Made by a program: the position numbers and the translations under genes. Shown one piece after another: positions 16,297-25,770 of a stretch of DNA of 26,879 nucleotides (position 1 is its first letter; every line of letters begins with the position of its first letter). The notes beneath the pieces were generated by a model that made no database searches, had not been told where the DNA came from, and was given only the letters and a program-made list of their open reading frames with translations. Origin of the DNA: Bacilli bacterium (GTDB taxonomy: Bacteria; Bacillota_I; Bacilli_A; RFN20; CAG-826); NCBI GenBank assembly GCA_041654325.1, contig JBAZDT010000001.1, forward strand, positions 1 to 26,879, written 5' to 3'.

Positions 16297-17607
16297 CTAT
16301 TTTCTTTCGCGCAAGATGATTTTAATCGGGGTTCCATCAAAGGGAAAAGTCTCGCGCAGGCGGTTTTCGATATATCTGAGGTAAGAAAAATGGGCGTATT
16401 TTGGGCGGTTGACGAAAAGGACAAACGTCGGTGGTCGGACATCGACTTGGTTGGCAAAGTAGATCTTCAGTCTTCCGCCTTCGAAAAGAGGGGCGGGATT
16501 CATGACCTCTGCATCCTGTATGACCTCATTTAAGGTGCTCGTTTGAATGCGCCGACCGTAAGCTTCATAAGTATTATTGAGAACCTCGAAAACGGTCTCG
16601 ATGCGATTGTGGTCTTTCGCGGAGACAAAAACTACGGGAGCGTAATCTAAAAACTTAAACTCTTTGCGAACTTTTTTTGTGAAATCCTGCATCGCGGTTT
16701 GGCTTCGTGGAATCAAATCCCATTTATTGACGACGATGACAACCGCTTTGTTAAGATCCATCGCGTATCCGACGACGTGTTTATCTTGCTCGGTTATGCC
16801 TTGCTCGGCATCGATGACGAGCAGGACGATCTCTGAGCGTTCGATGGCTGATAAGGCACGTAAAGCGGCATACTTATCCACCGCTTCATAAATCCGGCCG
16901 CGCTTTTTAAGTCCGGCTGTATCGATGACGACATATTGCTTGTCATCGCGGATAAAAACGGTGTCAATCGCGTCACGAGTCGTTCCCTCAATATCGGAAA
17001 CAATAACGCGGTTTTGCTTTAAAAGAGCATTGACAAGAGAGGATTTTCCGACGTTGGGGCGACCGATGATCGAAAAGACAATTTCGCTCTCGCCATATTT
17101 GGTTTCCTCTTCGTTTGGCAGCAATTTGATGATTCGATCAAGAAGGTCTCCGATTCCGATACCATGTGCCCCACTGATGGCGACGGGATCGCCGAGCCCA
17201 AGAGAATTAAACTCATAAATATCAGCGATTTTCGTTATATCGTCAATCTTGTTGACGGCAAGAATTATCGGCTTATTGGACTTATAGAGGATCTTTGCCA
17301 CTTCGCGGTCATCGTTAGAAACGCCGACTTGGCCATCGACAACATAGACGATGACATCGGCTTCCTCAATCGCAATTTGGGCTTGGGCGCGTATTTGCTC
17401 CTGAAAGGGGCGATTGGCGACTTCAATTCCGCCTGTGTCGATAATGCGAAATTTCCTCGTCAGCCAGGAAGCGGTCGCGTACAGCCGATCGCGAGTCATG
17501 CCTGGTTGGTCATTGATAATCGCCTTTCTCGTACCAAGAATACGGTTAAAAACGGTCGATTTTCCGACGTTGGGGCTGCCGATTATGGCGACGACGCCTA
17601 ATGGCAT
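16297..17607 (-). CDS. der: Ribosome biogenesis GTPase Der (EngA)
   Basis: Two GTPase domains (GSPNVGKS/DTGG/NKID and GRPNVGKS/DTAG/NKWD) and a C-terminal KH-like PPTFVLFVN...YLRYIEN. Confidence 0.98.
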   Translation of the reverse strand: MPLGVVAIIGSPNVGKSTVFNRILGTRKAIINDQPGMTRDRLYATASWLTRKFRIIDTGGIEVANRPFQEQIRAQAQIAIEEADVIVYVVDGQVGVSNDDREVAKILYKSNKPIILAVNKIDDITKIADIYEFNSLGLGDPVAISGAHGIGIGDLLDRIIKLLPNEEETKYGESEIVFSIIGRPNVGKSSLVNALLKQNRVIVSDIEGTTRDAIDTVFIRDDKQYVVIDTAGLKKRGRIYEAVDKYAALRALSAIERSEIVLLVIDAEQGITEQDKHVVGYAMDLNKAVVIVVNKWDLIPRSQTAMQDFTKKVRKEFKFLDYAPVVFVSAKDHNRIETVFEVLNNTYEAYGRRIQTSTLNEVIQDAEVMNPAPLFEGGRLKIYFANQVDVRPPTFVLFVNRPKYAHFSYLRYIENRLRETFPFDGTPIKIILRERK

Positions 17608-17608
17608 A

Positions 17609-18277
17609 TTATACCTCCCCGATTTTGCGTTTGATGATATTTAAAACAGCTTCCACCGCTTCTTCGATACTTAGAAAAGATGTATCGAGCAAAACGGAAT
17701 CGGAAGCTGGTTTCAAAGGGGCAAAATCACGGTGTGAATCAATATAGTCGCGGCGGCGCACGTCTTCTTCCACCTCGGCGAGGGTGCATTTAATGCCTTT
17801 CGATATGTTTTCTTCATAGCGGCGGACCGCTCTGGTGGGAACATCGGCGATTTGGAAGATTTTCACATCGGCATCCGGCAAGACATAGGTGCCAATATCG
17901 CGTCCGTCCATGACGACGGAATGTTTCTTGGCCATCTTGCGCTGCAACTCGACAAGAGCTAAGCGAATATCTTTATAAGAAGCAATATAGCTGACATTGG
18001 CAGAAATGTGTGGCTCGCGGATGACTTTGGTGACGTCTTCATCACAGCAGATGACGCGCCCATCACTTAAAAGTTCGATTTCAATATTTGGAATTAGTGA
18101 ACAACTTGCTTTCTCATCCTTTGGATCTAAATTGTTTTTCATCACACAGTAGGTAAAAGCCCGATACATCGCGCCGGTATCAATATATGTGAAACCCAAT
18201 TCTTGGGCGACTCTTTTGGCGACGGTTGATTTCCCGGCAGCGGCTGGTCCATCAATGGCAATTGTAACTCTTTTCAT
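17609..18277 (-). CDS. cmk: Cytidylate kinase
   Basis: IAIDGPAAAGKST, YIDTGAMYRA, VMDGRDIGT, RRDYIDSHR. Confidence 0.97.
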   Translation of the reverse strand: MKRVTIAIDGPAAAGKSTVAKRVAQELGFTYIDTGAMYRAFTYCVMKNNLDPKDEKASCSLIPNIEIELLSDGRVICCDEDVTKVIREPHISANVSYIASYKDIRLALVELQRKMAKKHSVVMDGRDIGTYVLPDADVKIFQIADVPTRAVRRYEENISKGIKCTLAEVEEDVRRRDYIDSHRDFAPLKPASDSVLLDTSFLSIEEAVEAVLNIIKRKIGEV

Positions 18278-18292
18278 ACTGATTCCCCTTTG

Positions 18293-18637
18293 CTAAAAGG
18301 CATAGACACCTAAGACAACGACCCCGATGAGCAGAACGACGAGAATTGATAATAGAACGATGACCTGCACCATCTCTTTTCGCTTTTGCCTATCGATTGG
18401 CGAAGGCTTTTCTTTCTCAGCGCTCTCGCTATAAATGCCGAGAGGATTGAGAATCTCATTAATCGGAAAACCTTGCGTTGAATTGATTCCCGAAGATGCG
18501 TCATCTCCGTCTTTTGGCTTTAATGTCTTAAGATAGATTTCTTTTGTTTCGGCAGAAGAAAGTTCCTCTTCGATGGGCATGTGAGCAATTTCTTCGCGCA
18601 GTTTCTGATATTTTTCAACGCGGGTCGTCTTCTTCAA
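18293..18637 (-). CDS. Hypothetical tail-anchored membrane protein
   Basis: TTG start with SD AGGA; charged N-terminus; a single C-terminal hydrophobic helix preceded by RQKRK; first gene of the cmk-der-gpsA run. Confidence 0.75.
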   Translation of the reverse strand: MKKTTRVEKYQKLREEIAHMPIEEELSSAETKEIYLKTLKPKDGDDASSGINSTQGFPINEILNPLGIYSESAEKEKPSPIDRQKRKEMVQVIVLLSILVVLLIGVVVLGVYAF

Positions 18638-18661
18638 CTTATGTTCCTACTTACTGATATA

Positions 18662-18679
18662 TTCTAATATAAATTAGAA
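18662..18679. repeat. Perfect 7-bp inverted repeat TTCTAAT-N4-ATTAGAA
   Basis: Read directly in the divergent promoter region between the hypothetical gene and fer. Confidence 0.75.
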
Positions 18680-18706
18680 ATCATTTATAGTATTTCTTTA
18701 AAAACC

Positions 18707-18735
18707 TTGCATTAAAAAAGCCTGGATATTATAAT
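18707..18735 (+). promoter_or_regulatory. Sigma-A promoter for ferredoxin
   Basis: TTGCAT-N17-TATAAT, with SD GGAGG at 18745-18749. Confidence 0.88.
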
Positions 18736-18762
18736 TCCGTTGTTGGAGGGACATTAAGAAAA

Positions 18763-18948
18763 ATGGCTAAAAAAGTTAGAATCGACCGCGATGCTTGCAT
18801 CGGATGTGGTCTATGCGTATCGGTAATGCCAGAAGTGTTCGAATTCGACGATGAGGGTAAAGCGCACGTCCACACTCAACCTGCCGAAGGCGTTGAAGTC
18901 GAAGTAGCAAACGATTGCCCTGTCGGCGCGATTATCGTCGAAGACTAA
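18763..18948 (+). CDS. fer: Single-cluster [4Fe-4S] ferredoxin
   Basis: CIGCGLC...CPVGAI, 61 aa, acidic; convergent with ribU as in Bacillus. Confidence 0.93.
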   Translation: MAKKVRIDRDACIGCGLCVSVMPEVFEFDDEGKAHVHTQPAEGVEVEVANDCPVGAIIVED

Positions 18949-18966
18949 ACTCTTCGCAAAAATAGT

Positions 18967-18998
18967 AAAAAATAGCTGCTAGGCTAGCAGCTTTTTTT
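18967..18998. terminator. Bidirectional terminator between fer and ribU
   Basis: AAAAAAT-AGCTGCTAG-G-CTAGCAGCT-TTTTTT. The ribU stop codon lies inside the stem. Confidence 0.88.
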
Positions 18999-19683
18999 CT
19001 TCAAATTGAGCAATAAAACGGTGGATACTCTTGTAGACTAAGAAGGTTAAAATGATGACCATAATATTCTTAATAATATTAAATGGAACGATGGCAAGAA
19101 AGCCGAGCGACCAGCCGATATCGGTGACCGCCGGATTGGCTGCCTGAGCCATACCCAAAATGGCTTGCTCGGGAAAGCCCATCACGAACATGTAGAAAGG
19201 AATCATGATATACACGTTGAAAACAAGGCTGGTCGCGATTTGAATCACGAAGCCGAGGCCAAAACCGGCTAAGACGCCCTTGATGTCGCGTCGTTTCTGG
19301 TAGATCAACGCGGCTGGAACGATGAAAGCCGTACTATAAATTAAGTCGGCCCATTCTCCAACTGTTAAAGTCGAAGTCAAGGGCAATTTGATGATGGTCT
19401 TGACCACGAGCACGCAGATTGCGCTCAACGGGCCATAAGCAAATCCAGCGATAAAGACTGGAATTTCATCGAAGTGGAATTCGAGAAAGGATGGAAAAAA
19501 CGGCACGGGAAATTTCAAAAAAGGGACGATGTATAAAATGGCGGATAAAGCTCCGAAAATGGCGACGCGGCTCATAAAGCGGACGAGGTTGATCTTCTGA
19601 AATTTAAAAGGTTTCCCTTCCCGAATGACCAAAAAGGTTATAAATGACCAAACAAGTAGTAAGCCAACAAGTGCTGCTCCCAT
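18979..19683 (-). CDS. ribU: ECF transporter S component, riboflavin (RibU/FmnP)
   Basis: AIFGA (AxxxA), FLEFHFDEIP, GFAYGP, VGEWAD, PFNIIK. The substrate is inferred from the upstream FMN riboswitch. Confidence 0.88.
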   Translation of the reverse strand: MGAALVGLLLVWSFITFLVIREGKPFKFQKINLVRFMSRVAIFGALSAILYIVPFLKFPVPFFPSFLEFHFDEIPVFIAGFAYGPLSAICVLVVKTIIKLPLTSTLTVGEWADLIYSTAFIVPAALIYQKRRDIKGVLAGFGLGFVIQIATSLVFNVYIMIPFYMFVMGFPEQAILGMAQAANPAVTDIGWSLGFLAIVPFNIIKNIMVIILTFLVYKSIHRFIAQFEEKKLLA

Positions 19684-19685
19684 AT

Positions 19686-19708
19686 AAAAAGGTCCTCATC
19701 TCAGGACC
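19686..19708 (-). terminator. Riboswitch-controlled terminator/SD-sequestering hairpin
   Basis: GGUCCU-GAGAUG-AGGACC-UUUUU ends 2 nt before the ribU AUG and contains GAGG. Confidence 0.75.
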
Positions 19709-19717
19709 AAAAGAGAG

Positions 19718-19825
19718 ATGCTTCTCTCCTCCAGACTGTACTGTCGCCTCTAGAATTTAACTAGATCAGCCCGAAGGCTCGCGGGGTCTACCGCCGGTTG
19801 GGAATCACACCCTGTCCTGAAGCAT
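19718..19825 (-). ncRNA. FMN riboswitch (RFN element)
   Basis: AUGCUUCAGGACAGGGUGUGAUUCCCAACCGGCGGU...CCCGCGAGCC-UUCG-GGCUGAUCUAG...CUAGAGGCGACAGUACAGUCUGGAGGAGAGAAGCAU. P1 is AUGCUUC/GAAGCAU. Confidence 0.95.
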
Positions 19826-19830
19826 TTTTA

Positions 19831-19859
19831 ATTATACTACAAAAATTAAGGATTGCTAA
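19831..19859 (-). promoter_or_regulatory. Sigma-A promoter for riboswitch-ribU
   Basis: TTAGCA-N17-TATAAT. The predicted +1 coincides with the 5' end of P1. Confidence 0.8.
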
Positions 19860-19875
19860 AAAAATAGAAAAGGAG

Positions 19876-20676
19876 CTATTTGCTGGCGATTGACGCGCTG
19901 ATAGCGCTGATGATATCGGAGGCGACAACACTATGCTCGCCACATTTTTTGACGGCGATTTGGCCGGCGATCGAGTGGAGGTAAACGCCATACTTCGCAG
20001 CCTCGAGAAGAGAATACTTTTGGCCTAAGAGACTTGCGATAATACCGGCCAAAACATCACCTGATCCAGCTTTCGCCATCCCGGGATGACCAAAATCGGA
20101 AGCCATGTTCGCTTCATTTGAAGCGATGATTGTCACGGCATCCTTTAAAACGACAACGGCTCCTAAATCAGTCAGAGTCTTTAATTCCATCTGCGGTTCT
20201 TCGACGTCGAGAAGGCGGCGAGCCTCTCCGATATGCGGCGTCAAAATAACGTGGTTAAGCCTTTGGTCAAAGCCAATTCGCTTAAGAATTGTCAACCCTG
20301 TCGCATCGATGACAAGAGGGATATTGGTGTTGAGGAGCAACCGCAGAATACGCTCATTCATGAGGTTATCTTCAAGGCCGGGGCCAAATAGCACGGCATC
20401 CTTATTTTTGATGACTTTTTCCACTTCCTCGACATCGATGAAGCGCTTGATCATCACTTCGGGATTGAGGTTTACGAAAAAGGCGTAATCGTCTTCTTCT
20501 AAGGCGATCGAGACAAGTCCTGAACCAGTTCGATAAGCCGCCAGCGCGCTAAGTGCCGGCGCGCCGAAAAATCCGATGCTGCCACCAAAAACCACGATGT
20601 TGCCGTAATCGTATTTGTTCGTCTCTTTTCTTCGTTTAGCAAGCGGAACGACGTCTTCAAAGGTCATTTTTTGCAT
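19876..20676 (-). CDS. nnrD: NAD(P)H-hydrate dehydratase (stand-alone NnrD domain)
   Basis: GGSIGFFGAPALSALAAYRTGSGLV, FGPGL, IDATGL, LTPHIGE, MAKAGSGDVLAG. The start is corrected to ATG 20676 (SD GAGGT). Confidence 0.92.
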   Translation of the reverse strand: MQKMTFEDVVPLAKRRKETNKYDYGNIVVFGGSIGFFGAPALSALAAYRTGSGLVSIALEEDDYAFFVNLNPEVMIKRFIDVEEVEKVIKNKDAVLFGPGLEDNLMNERILRLLLNTNIPLVIDATGLTILKRIGFDQRLNHVILTPHIGEARRLLDVEEPQMELKTLTDLGAVVVLKDAVTIIASNEANMASDFGHPGMAKAGSGDVLAGIIASLLGQKYSLLEAAKYGVYLHSIAGQIAVKKCGEHSVVASDIISAISASIASK

Positions 20677-20693
20677 TTGGTTACCTCGCAAAA

Positions 20694-21338
20694 TTACTTT
20701 TTATTCGCTAGATTTTTTTTAAGAATCATCTCTTTTGATTTCATTACGCGAATCGTGCTCGCCATCTCGAGATCTGCCAACTTGGTCCTGATATCTTTAA
20801 TCATACTCGTTAATTCGGGAATCATGATGTGTTCGATAGCGTTGACGCGCCGCCTTGTCTTTTCGATTTCGCGTGCGTATGACTCGGTCATTTTTTCATA
20901 CTGGGCAAGTTTAATCAAGCGCGGAAGAAAGTGCGCTCCCAAAAGAAGGGCGCCATCAAATTCCTGCGGAACGCTATTAAGTGAGTAAGGAAGATGAATA
21001 TCGTCATCGACTCTAATATCTAGAGACGGCGAGTCGATGCTCATCGAAGAAAGTTTTGAGGCCTTCATCTCCCACTTCAAAGCCGGCAAAGCCGTGATTT
21101 CGTAGAGTTCCGCTTTGCGGATCTTGGCTCGCCCTTTTTTAAAAAGGCTGGTCGCTTGCGAAATCATTTTTTCAACATCGGTGCGCAAATCCTTCGTCTT
21201 ATAGACGATTTCCATGAATTGGCGGATCATTTCGTCTTGTTTGTCTTTCAACAAGCGATGACCGCGTTTTGTCACGACCAGCTGATTTTTCAGCTTGGTC
21301 AGTTCCATCCTCGTTGGGTTAACTTGCCCGATTGGCAT
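20694..21338 (-). CDS. ntpD: V-type ATPase subunit D
   Basis: VNPTRMEL, RGHRLLKDKQDE, EIEKTRRRVNAIEH. Confidence 0.96.
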   Translation of the reverse strand: MPIGQVNPTRMELTKLKNQLVVTKRGHRLLKDKQDEMIRQFMEIVYKTKDLRTDVEKMISQATSLFKKGRAKIRKAELYEITALPALKWEMKASKLSSMSIDSPSLDIRVDDDIHLPYSLNSVPQEFDGALLLGAHFLPRLIKLAQYEKMTESYAREIEKTRRRVNAIEHIMIPELTSMIKDIRTKLADLEMASTIRVMKSKEMILKKNLANKK

Positions 21339-21340
21339 TC

Positions 21341-22720
21341 CTATTCCTCTTTACCATAATATGCTTCGATGTATTCGTCGCGGATACGCTTCAATTCGGA
21401 TGTCGGGAAGATGCGGAGCAATTCCCAGCCGAGGTCGAGAGTCTCTTTTATACTCCGATTGCTATTAAAACCTTGGGCGATGTATTTTTCTTCGAATTCA
21501 TCGGCGAATCGCGCGTACAAAATATCGATTTCCGAAAGGGCGCTGTCGCCTAAAATCGTCGACAGTTCTTTGGCTTCTTTACCACGAGCGTACGAGGCGA
21601 ACAACTGGTTCATCGTGTCCGCGTGGTCTTCGCGCGTTTTGCCTTTGCCAATTCCTTTATCTTTAAGGCGCGAGAGGGAAGGCAAAACATCGATGGGGGG
21701 TTGAATTCCTTTCATGAATAACGGCCTTGATAAAATAATCTGACCTTCGGTAATGTAACCAGTTAAGTCTGGGATAGGATGGGTCTTATCATCTTCTGGC
21801 ATCGTCAAAATCGGCAGTTGGGTAATCGAACCTTGAATGCCTTTAATGCGACCAGCCCTCTCAAAAAGGGAAGCGAGATCGGTATACATATAGCCAGGAT
21901 ATCCGCGGCGGCCGGGAACTTCCTTACGCGCTGAAGAAATCTCGCGAAGGGCTTCGGCGTAATTGGTAATATCCGTAAGGATAACTAGTACGTGCATGTG
22001 CAATTGGTACGCTAAATATTCGGCAGCCGTGATTGCCATGCGCGGTGTGGCGATGCGCTCAATCGCGGGATCGTTAGCCAAGTTGACGAACATGACCGTC
22101 CTCTCGATTGCCCCTGATTTGCGGAAGTCTTCAATAAAGAAATCAGCTTCTTCGAAAGTGATGCCAATCGCGCCAAAGACGACCGCGAATTTCTCCGCTT
22201 TGCCAAGGACGCGAGCCTGCCGTGCGATTTGGGCTGCTAAACGAGCATGTGGAAGGCCGGATCCAGAAAAGATTGGTAGTTTTTGACCACGCACAAGAGT
22301 ATTTAGGCCATCGATAGCCGAGATGCCGGTTTGGATAAATTCGGATGGATAGTCGCGGGCGACTGGATTGAGAGCCGAACCGTTAATGTCTAGTCTCGTA
22401 TCGGCGATAATCTCACCCTTGTTATCAACCGGGCGGCCGAGACCATCGAAAACGCGGCCGAGGATATCGGGGGAAAGCCCCAATTCGATGCCATGACCAA
22501 GAAAGGTGGCTTTTGCATCATCGATTTTCATTCCCTGGCTCGATTCGAAAAGCTGGACGAGGGCTTTATCCTCGCTGATTTCCAACACTTTGCCGAGGCG
22601 CGTCTCGCCATTAGCTAATTTGATTTCAACTAGTTCGTCGTACTTAACATCGCTGACCTTTTCGACGAGCATTAATGGCCCGACGATTTCTTTGATCGTT
22701 TTGTATTGTTTGATGGCCAT
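21341..22720 (-). CDS. ntpB: V-type ATPase subunit B
   Basis: [63 protein letters not shown]. Confidence 0.98.
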   Translation of the reverse strand: MAIKQYKTIKEIVGPLMLVEKVSDVKYDELVEIKLANGETRLGKVLEISEDKALVQLFESSQGMKIDDAKATFLGHGIELGLSPDILGRVFDGLGRPVDNKGEIIADTRLDINGSALNPVARDYPSEFIQTGISAIDGLNTLVRGQKLPIFSGSGLPHARLAAQIARQARVLGKAEKFAVVFGAIGITFEEADFFIEDFRKSGAIERTVMFVNLANDPAIERIATPRMAITAAEYLAYQLHMHVLVILTDITNYAEALREISSARKEVPGRRGYPGYMYTDLASLFERAGRIKGIQGSITQLPILTMPEDDKTHPIPDLTGYITEGQIILSRPLFMKGIQPPIDVLPSLSRLKDKGIGKGKTREDHADTMNQLFASYARGKEAKELSTILGDSALSEIDILYARFADEFEEKYIAQGFNSNRSIKETLDLGWELLRIFPTSELKRIRDEYIEAYYGKEE

Positions 22721-22723
22721 ATT

Positions 22724-24496
22724 CTACTCCTCCGCCAATGTCGAAAACTCTTTTTCCATCGCTTGTTGAATGCTTAAGCATTCAGCGGCGACTTCGTTTT
22801 CGGGAACGTATTTTACTCTTCCGATGCGCTCGGTGATTATCATCCGCTCAAGGGCTAAGAATGACTTTTTGCTTTCCATGGCCTCATGAGCCAAATCGTA
22901 CCAACTTAAAATCAAGTTCAGCATTAAGCGCTGCTTGTCAATCGATGTGTATGTATCGATTTCATGATAGGCGTTTTGATGCAGATAGTCTTCGCGGATC
23001 ATCTGCGCGGTCAATAGTTTGACACGGTCATTTTTCGAAAGGGAGTCAAGTCCGACAAGCCGTACGATTTCCTGAAGCGATGCCTCTTCTTGAAGCAAAA
23101 TCTGGACGCGGCGAATAATGTGGCTCCAATCTTTGTGAAGATGCTCGTCAATATCCTGATGGATGACATCCTCATAGAGACTATAACTCTTAAGCCAGTC
23201 GATAGCCGGAAAGTGACGACGATAAGCAAGCTTATCCGATAAGCCCCAGAATACTTTAACAATTCGCAAAGTGGCCTGTGAGACAGGTTCGGAAGTATCG
23301 CCTCCTGGCGGAGACACGGCGCCGATGGCGGTAATCGCCCCTTCGCGATGTTTATCGCCTAAACAAGCGACATAGCCGGCCCGCTCATAAAATTCTGCGA
23401 GGCGGCTTGATAGATAGGCAGGATAGCCTTCTTCGCCAGGCATTTCCTCCAGGCGCGACGACATTTCGCGAAGAGCTTCAGCCCAACGGGAGGTCGAGTC
23501 AGCCATAATCGCCACTTTATAACCCATGTCACGATAGTACTCGGCAATGGTAATTCCCGTGTAAATCGAGGCTTCGCGGGCTGCGACCGGCATGTTTGAC
23601 GTATTAGCGATCAATACCGTTCTTTGCATGAGTGATTCACCGGTGAGGGGGTCTTTCAAAAGTGGGAATTCCATAAGGACATCCGTCATCTCGTTGCCGC
23701 GCTCCCCACAGCCGACATAGATGATGATATCAGCATCAGCCCATTTGGCCAGCTGCTGTTGGACGACGGTCTTTCCTGATCCAAAAGGACCGGGAATTGC
23801 GGCGATTCCGCCAATCGAGATGGGAAATAACGAATCGATAACCCGCTGTCCTGTCACCATTATTTTGCGAGGAGCGAGTTTGTTGATATACGGACGTTTT
23901 TTGCGAACCGGCCAATATTGGAGCATCGTCAGCTCGATCGTTTTGCCTTCTTTGGACACAATCTTGGCGATGACATCTTTTACTTTCGCCAACCCTGTGT
24001 GAAGCCACACGAGACGACCGGCGACATCAGGCGGAACCATTATCTTGTGAGTGATGATCGCCGTTTCGCGGACCGTGCCTAAAATCATGCCACCGCTGAC
24101 GTTTGTCTCTAGTTTTGCCACCGGTACAAAATCCCATTGTTTCTCGCGGTTGAGGCGCGGTAAATCAATACCTAAAGGTATATGTTCGCCATGAGCTTCG
24201 TAAATAATATTTAAGGGTCTTTGAATTCCGTCAAAAATCGATCCGATAAGGCCGGGGCCAAGTTCAGCAGAAAGAGGTTCGTTTGTATAATAGACAGGTT
24301 CTCCGGGACCGATACCCGCCGTTTCTTCGTAAACCTGAATCGAGGCAAGACCACCGCGAAGTTCAATTACTTCGCCGATAAGTTTTTTATTCGAGACGCG
24401 AACAACGTCATAAACTTGGACGTTTTCCATTCCGGAAGCGACCACGAGCGGTCCAGCTACTTTTTGTATCGTGCCAATTCTCTCTTTTATTTCCAT
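22724..24496 (-). CDS. ntpA: V-type ATPase subunit A
   Basis: [52 protein letters not shown]. At 590 aa it has no intein. Confidence 0.98.
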   Translation of the reverse strand: MEIKERIGTIQKVAGPLVVASGMENVQVYDVVRVSNKKLIGEVIELRGGLASIQVYEETAGIGPGEPVYYTNEPLSAELGPGLIGSIFDGIQRPLNIIYEAHGEHIPLGIDLPRLNREKQWDFVPVAKLETNVSGGMILGTVRETAIITHKIMVPPDVAGRLVWLHTGLAKVKDVIAKIVSKEGKTIELTMLQYWPVRKKRPYINKLAPRKIMVTGQRVIDSLFPISIGGIAAIPGPFGSGKTVVQQQLAKWADADIIIYVGCGERGNEMTDVLMEFPLLKDPLTGESLMQRTVLIANTSNMPVAAREASIYTGITIAEYYRDMGYKVAIMADSTSRWAEALREMSSRLEEMPGEEGYPAYLSSRLAEFYERAGYVACLGDKHREGAITAIGAVSPPGGDTSEPVSQATLRIVKVFWGLSDKLAYRRHFPAIDWLKSYSLYEDVIHQDIDEHLHKDWSHIIRRVQILLQEEASLQEIVRLVGLDSLSKNDRVKLLTAQMIREDYLHQNAYHEIDTYTSIDKQRLMLNLILSWYDLAHEAMESKKSFLALERMIITERIGRVKYVPENEVAAECLSIQQAMEKEFSTLAEE

Positions 24497-24514
24497 AATG
24501 TTTGGGCTCCCTTT

Positions 24515-24826
24515 CTAAAACAGTTTAATGCCAATAGCTTTTTCGACATCACCGCGCAGTTTTGCCAGCCCTTGCCCTGTCGCTTTATGGTCAATTGGAA
24601 GGGCGAGAATGATCGGAAAGGCTTTTTCGCTGGCGTGTTTTCGGTAATCGCTCATCATCACATCAAGTTCTTCGTCGACGATGATAATCTGCGCATCAGC
24701 CATGACTTCATCCATCGCCTTTTTCAAATCAACTTCGTCTTGAACGAGGTAAGTTTGGAACCCAAGGCTTTGAAAGAGCAAAACATTTTCACTCTTTGCA
24801 ACGGCGAAAACTTTTTGATTCCCCAT
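24515..24826 (-). CDS. ntpG: V-type ATPase subunit F (NtpG in E. hirae nomenclature)
   Basis: 103 aa, FQSLGF, IILALP, VEKAIGIKL; lies between C and A. Confidence 0.9.
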   Translation of the reverse strand: MGNQKVFAVAKSENVLLFQSLGFQTYLVQDEVDLKKAMDEVMADAQIIIVDEELDVMMSDYRKHASEKAFPIILALPIDHKATGQGLAKLRGDVEKAIGIKLF

Positions 24827-24828
24827 CT

Positions 24829-25770
24829 TTAAGCCTCCACCATCAGCGCGGATTCACGATCGAGATAAAGGCGCTTGAGATCGACGATTTCAATTTGCTT
24901 AGCGATGACAAAGGCGATGATCGACGCCGATGATGTGATATCGATTTGCATGGGTTTAAGTTCATCGAGCAATACTTTGAGCAAATTGCGCTCCAACGCT
25001 GATAGATCACCGTCTTCAAAATATTGCGCGAGAGGCTTAACAAACCGTGACAAATAGAGGTTTGAATATCGTTCCACGATGACCTTTGAATCGCTATCGA
25101 GGAGTATCGCAACGTCATTTGCATCAATCGAACCGTGATCGAGCAAACCATCGCGCAACTGCTGAGCATTTAGTTTCAAACGCTTGGCGCGCAAAAGCGA
25201 TATTAGATTATTGATATCCGTCGAAAGGACAAAGTAGGTTAAGAGGGCTTCGTCTTTCCTTTGAATTAGTTCCTGATAAAGGAGTTCTTGAAATGTGCTC
25301 TGCAAATAATTAGCGAGTCCTTCAAAGGTTTTGAATGTCTGCTCGCTCATTTTTGTGAAGAGTTGATCATAAGGTGCGACAATCCCAAAATAGTTGTCTT
25401 TCAAAATAGCTTGATCGAGAACTTTTTCGCTGAGCAGACCAACACTTTCGAAAGGTCCTACCGGCGTTTTAAATAATTTCTTTTTATAAAAAGAACGAAT
25501 GTTGGTCAAATCGTATTTTGAGAAAAAGAAGAGGAGGAGATTATCGTCGTTGAGGATAGTCGATAACTCTTCTTTCAATTTAATTACTTCCAAAGACAAT
25601 ATTTCATCGACGGAAGCAGTTTTATTGCCCACACCATACCCAAGCGATTGCAACTTTAAAACAAAGCCTTGTTCATCAGTAGCTTTCAAATCGCGAAACT
25701 GGTTTTTCGTTAGAAAAAGAGCAGATCGCGTCGATAATAGAGCGCTGGCAAAAGTGTAGTCGACCATCAT
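24829..25770 (-). CDS. ntpC: V-type ATPase subunit C
   Basis: 313 aa, YDLTNIRSFYK, DINNLISLLRAK, EIVDLK; operon position between E and F. Confidence 0.8.
   Translation of the reverse strand: MMVDYTFASALLSTRSALFLTKNQFRDLKATDEQGFVLKLQSLGYGVGNKTASVDEILSLEVIKLKEELSTILNDDNLLLFFFSKYDLTNIRSFYKKKLFKTPVGPFESVGLLSEKVLDQAILKDNYFGIVAPYDQLFTKMSEQTFKTFEGLANYLQSTFQELLYQELIQRKDEALLTYFVLSTDINNLISLLRAKRLKLNAQQLRDGLLDHGSIDANDVAILLDSDSKVIVERYSNLYLSRFVKPLAQYFEDGDLSALERNLLKVLLDELKPMQIDITSSASIIAFVIAKQIEIVDLKRLYLDRESALMVEA

Noticed and set aside
16260-17607. Der G1 motif GSPNVGKS and GpsA Rossmann GTGTWA variants
   Set aside because: These are single substitutions with the key Lys, Ser and leading Gly residues intact, and are likely ordinary divergence.
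18650-18675. dif-like TAGAATATAT segment
   Set aside because: Only part of the Bacillus dif left arm matches; the XerD arm TTATGTAAACT is absent.
24221-24832. 203-aa plus-strand ORF
   Set aside because: It lies antisense to ntpA/ntpG and has no recognisable domain.
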